NCBI GenBank assembly: GCA_022605425.2
Contig: JAKIMF020000005.1
Location: 806,001-870,000, forward strand
DNA: 64,000 bases
Direction: 5' to 3'
Origin: Hamiltosporidium tvaerminnensis FI-OER-3-3
Lineage: Eukaryota > Fungi > Microsporidia
The translations under genes were made by a program, and so were the position numbers. The notes under the pieces were generated by a model. The model worked only from the letters and a program-made list of their open reading frames with translations. It was not told where the DNA came from and did not search any database. Below, in pieces: positions 61,522 to 64,000 of this stretch (position 1 is the stretch's first letter; each line of letters starts with the position of its first letter).

Positions 61522-64000
61522 TTATTCTTCATATTCCAATATTTTTTTAACATCTCTTTTTTTTAAACATAAAATTATTAAAATACCAAAAACACTCAAA
61601 AATAAATACCAATCAAAAAAAACTGCTAACATCCACCACCACTTAACAAAATCAAATCGATAAATGAAAATATAAACAATCATCCAAATAACAAAAACTC
61701 TACTGACCATTATAATTCTGTCAAATAGACAACACAGAATAAGACATAACAAAATGTATGAACATATAAATGTTCCAACGTTACTTAAAAAACAGTATGC
61801 TTTTCTTATAATATGTAGAATTCCTTTATAAAATATGAGTAATTTTATTAAGGATATTGTCCACATAAAACAATAGATTCCTAAAAATAAAAAAACCAAA
61901 GAATTTTTTTCTTTATCGGGATATCTGTTATTTAAAACTTCATTTGTAATCTTTTGATCTAATATTGGTTTTTTGTTAGAAGATCTTTCAGCTTTATTGT
62001 TACATTCTTTGGTCATTGAATTATTTAATCGGTAATTCTTTTGACTTTTTACTTGGTTATCTGATGTATTATCTGACGTATGAACTGATGTATTAACTGG
62101 TATATTATCTGATGTATGAACTGATGTATGAACTGATGTATTAACTGATGTATTATCTGATGTATTAACTGGTATATTTGATATTTTTGTTTTTTGTGAA
62201 TTTAGGTTGAGGAAATTATGGTTTTTATTTTTTAAAAATGATTCTTCAAAAAAAATCGTAATTTTTTCACATTTTTTAAAAATTATGCCACCGCCTTTAC
62301 TTCCTACAAATATAAATCCAGAAAAACATACCAAATAACACAAAGCAGCAACAGAAATCTGAAAAAGTAAATTAAATTTCCCGTTTTTTTTCTTTAAATT
62401 ATATTTGTTCCCAAACGCATAAACAAAAAATCTATATAAGTATTTCACTGCATAAAAAAAATGTTTTTTTTTCGATCTCAACAGAATTAAGATTCCAATC
62501 AAAGATAAATAATTGTCTACAAAATAAAATCTTAAAATAAATCCAAATATACCACACAAAATACAATTGAAAAACATAAAAGATAAAATTCTACCAACTC
62601 CTTTCACATAACTTAAAGTTAAAACACAATCATCAAGTGATTTAAACAAAAAACCATAAAAATTGCTCTCAGAAATATTTGTACAGATTAATAACACCCT
62701 ATTGGTTGTACTGGCCATAAAATGACCCAAAACTAAATTATAAACAAAAAAAGTTTCTTTTTTCCCCACATTTTTAAACCAATAAAACACACCGAATAAA
62801 ACATACGGCATAAAAATTTTCTCTAGAAAATAAAAATTTCCTACTTTTACACATAAACTTGATATTTTCAAAATATTTTTATAAGAATTTTCTTCTTTAA
62901 AAATTTTAAAATATAAAAATCGTAAAACAAAATAAATGATTGAATTGCTTATAAAAATAGAAAGTAAAATTCTCGTTGAAATACTTCTAATGAAAGATTC
63001 TAAAATATTATTTATCTTAAGAATTGGAAATATAAATACTAATAAAATAGAAACATTAAAAATTAAAGATATGAAAGGATAAACACCAAATCCAAATTCC
63101 TTTTCATTAACACGTGTATTTGTTGAAACTTCTGAAGTATTGCTTTCTATTTCTTCGTTATTTTCAAAAACAATTTCTTCATGATTTGATATTTGTGGTT
63201 TGAATTCATTTTTATTTTTTAAGGGACTTGGGTGAATATAGGCTGTTTCAAAGATTTTATCATCTTGTATAACTTCATTTTCTAAACACTCGTGTTTAGA
63301 TATGTCATTAGAATCAGTTTCAAGTATTTTTGAATCAAAAATATTTCTTTTAAATTCATCTTCTTTTCTAGAAACCATGATTTTGTCTCGTGCATTTCTA
63401 TTTTTTGTTTCTGAAAAAATACTAGAAATTTTATCAGAATCTTCAGCTCCAATTTTATTTAAACCTGAAAAATCACCATCTTTAGAATATAATGATTCAT
63501 TAAATGCTATATCATTAAAAATATCCGTAATAGAATTATCGTTACTACAGAGACTTACAGCACCTTCTAAACACGAACCTTGTTTATTTTCTTGTAAAAT
63601 TCTTATCTTTTTCATTGCATATTCTGTATTTAAAACTGGTGGATACAATCTATCAAGAACATATTTTGTGTAGCATTTGGATATTCTATGGTAAAAAAGG
63701 AAAAGAAGGTAAGAAATAACTGTGATAAAAATACCGGGTAACGTATTTAGAACAAACTCGGATGTATTTTCATTTCTTTCTAAATATTTGAAATCTATTT
63801 TGTATTTATCTGAACATATTTGTTTAAAAATATATAAAAATGTAGATTCAGATGTTAAAATATGAGTATAAGACGACAAAAATATTTCTTTTATGGTAAA
63901 AGAAGATAAAAAAATATTAAAAATCCAAAAAACTGATAAAATTAGAAATCTGAATATAGAGGAAGGAAAATATTGTGCAGAAGCCTTATACCTATATTTG
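61522..64000 (-). CDS. Multi-pass membrane protein, 5'-partial (continues beyond the window)
   Basis: The frame stays open upstream of 63879 to the window edge (KYRYKASAQYFPSSIFRFLIL...). Many hydrophobic segments and an internal TS(D/V)(N/H) repeat at about 62060-62180. Confidence 0.8.
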   Translation of the reverse strand, partial: KYRYKASAQYFPSSIFRFLILSVFWIFNIFLSSFTIKEIFLSSYTHILTSESTFLYIFKQICSDKYKIDFKYLERNENTSEFVLNTLPGIFITVISYLLFLFYHRISKCYTKYVLDRLYPPVLNTEYAMKKIRILQENKQGSCLEGAVSLCSNDNSITDIFNDIAFNESLYSKDGDFSGLNKIGAEDSDKISSIFSETKNRNARDKIMVSRKEDEFKRNIFDSKILETDSNDISKHECLENEVIQDDKIFETAYIHPSPLKNKNEFKPQISNHEEIVFENNEEIESNTSEVSTNTRVNEKEFGFGVYPFISLIFNVSILLVFIFPILKINNILESFIRSISTRILLSIFISNSIIYFVLRFLYFKIFKEENSYKNILKISSLCVKVGNFYFLEKIFMPYVLFGVFYWFKNVGKKETFFVYNLVLGHFMASTTNRVLLICTNISESNFYGFLFKSLDDCVLTLSYVKGVGRILSFMFFNCILCGIFGFILRFYFVDNYLSLIGILILLRSKKKHFFYAVKYLYRFFVYAFGNKYNLKKKNGKFNLLFQISVAALCYLVCFSGFIFVGSKGGGIIFKKCEKITIFFEESFLKNKNHNFLNLNSQKTKISNIPVNTSDNTSVNTSVHTSVHTSDNIPVNTSVHTSDNTSDNQVKSQKNYRLNNSMTKECNNKAERSSNKKPILDQKITNEVLNNRYPDKEKNSLVFLFLGIYCFMWTISLIKLLIFYKGILHIIRKAYCFLSNVGTFICSYILLCLILCCLFDRIIMVSRVFVIWMIVYIFIYRFDFVKWWWMLAVFFDWYLFLSVFGILIILCLKKRDVKKILEYEE

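Overview
Very AT-rich, gene-sparse eukaryotic DNA that I infer to be from a large-genome microsporidian. Hamiltosporidium-like is my best guess and cannot be verified here. The supporting signs are CCC/GGG motifs just before start codons, a 34-nt spliceosomal intron right after the ATG of RPL5, and long intergenic regions full of decayed transposons. Housekeeping genes are a cullin, ERCC1/Rad10, RPL5, an FHA plus AT-hook nuclear protein, a possible AF4/Ebp1 C-terminal-domain protein and a partial multi-pass membrane protein. Five genes belong to two expanded families of probably secreted leucine-rich-repeat-like proteins. One of them is frameshifted, and one pair shows a sharp 534-bp tract consistent with gene conversion. 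Mobile DNA comprises a near full-length R4/Dong-type RT plus restriction-like-endonuclease LINE with two truncated relatives, and decayed Tc1, rve-integrase (Ginger-like) and probable gypsy remnants. The most notable feature is a ~730-bp non-coding, apparently structured repeat present four times. One copy has a perfect 16-bp target-site duplication, making it a candidate novel SINE-like element.
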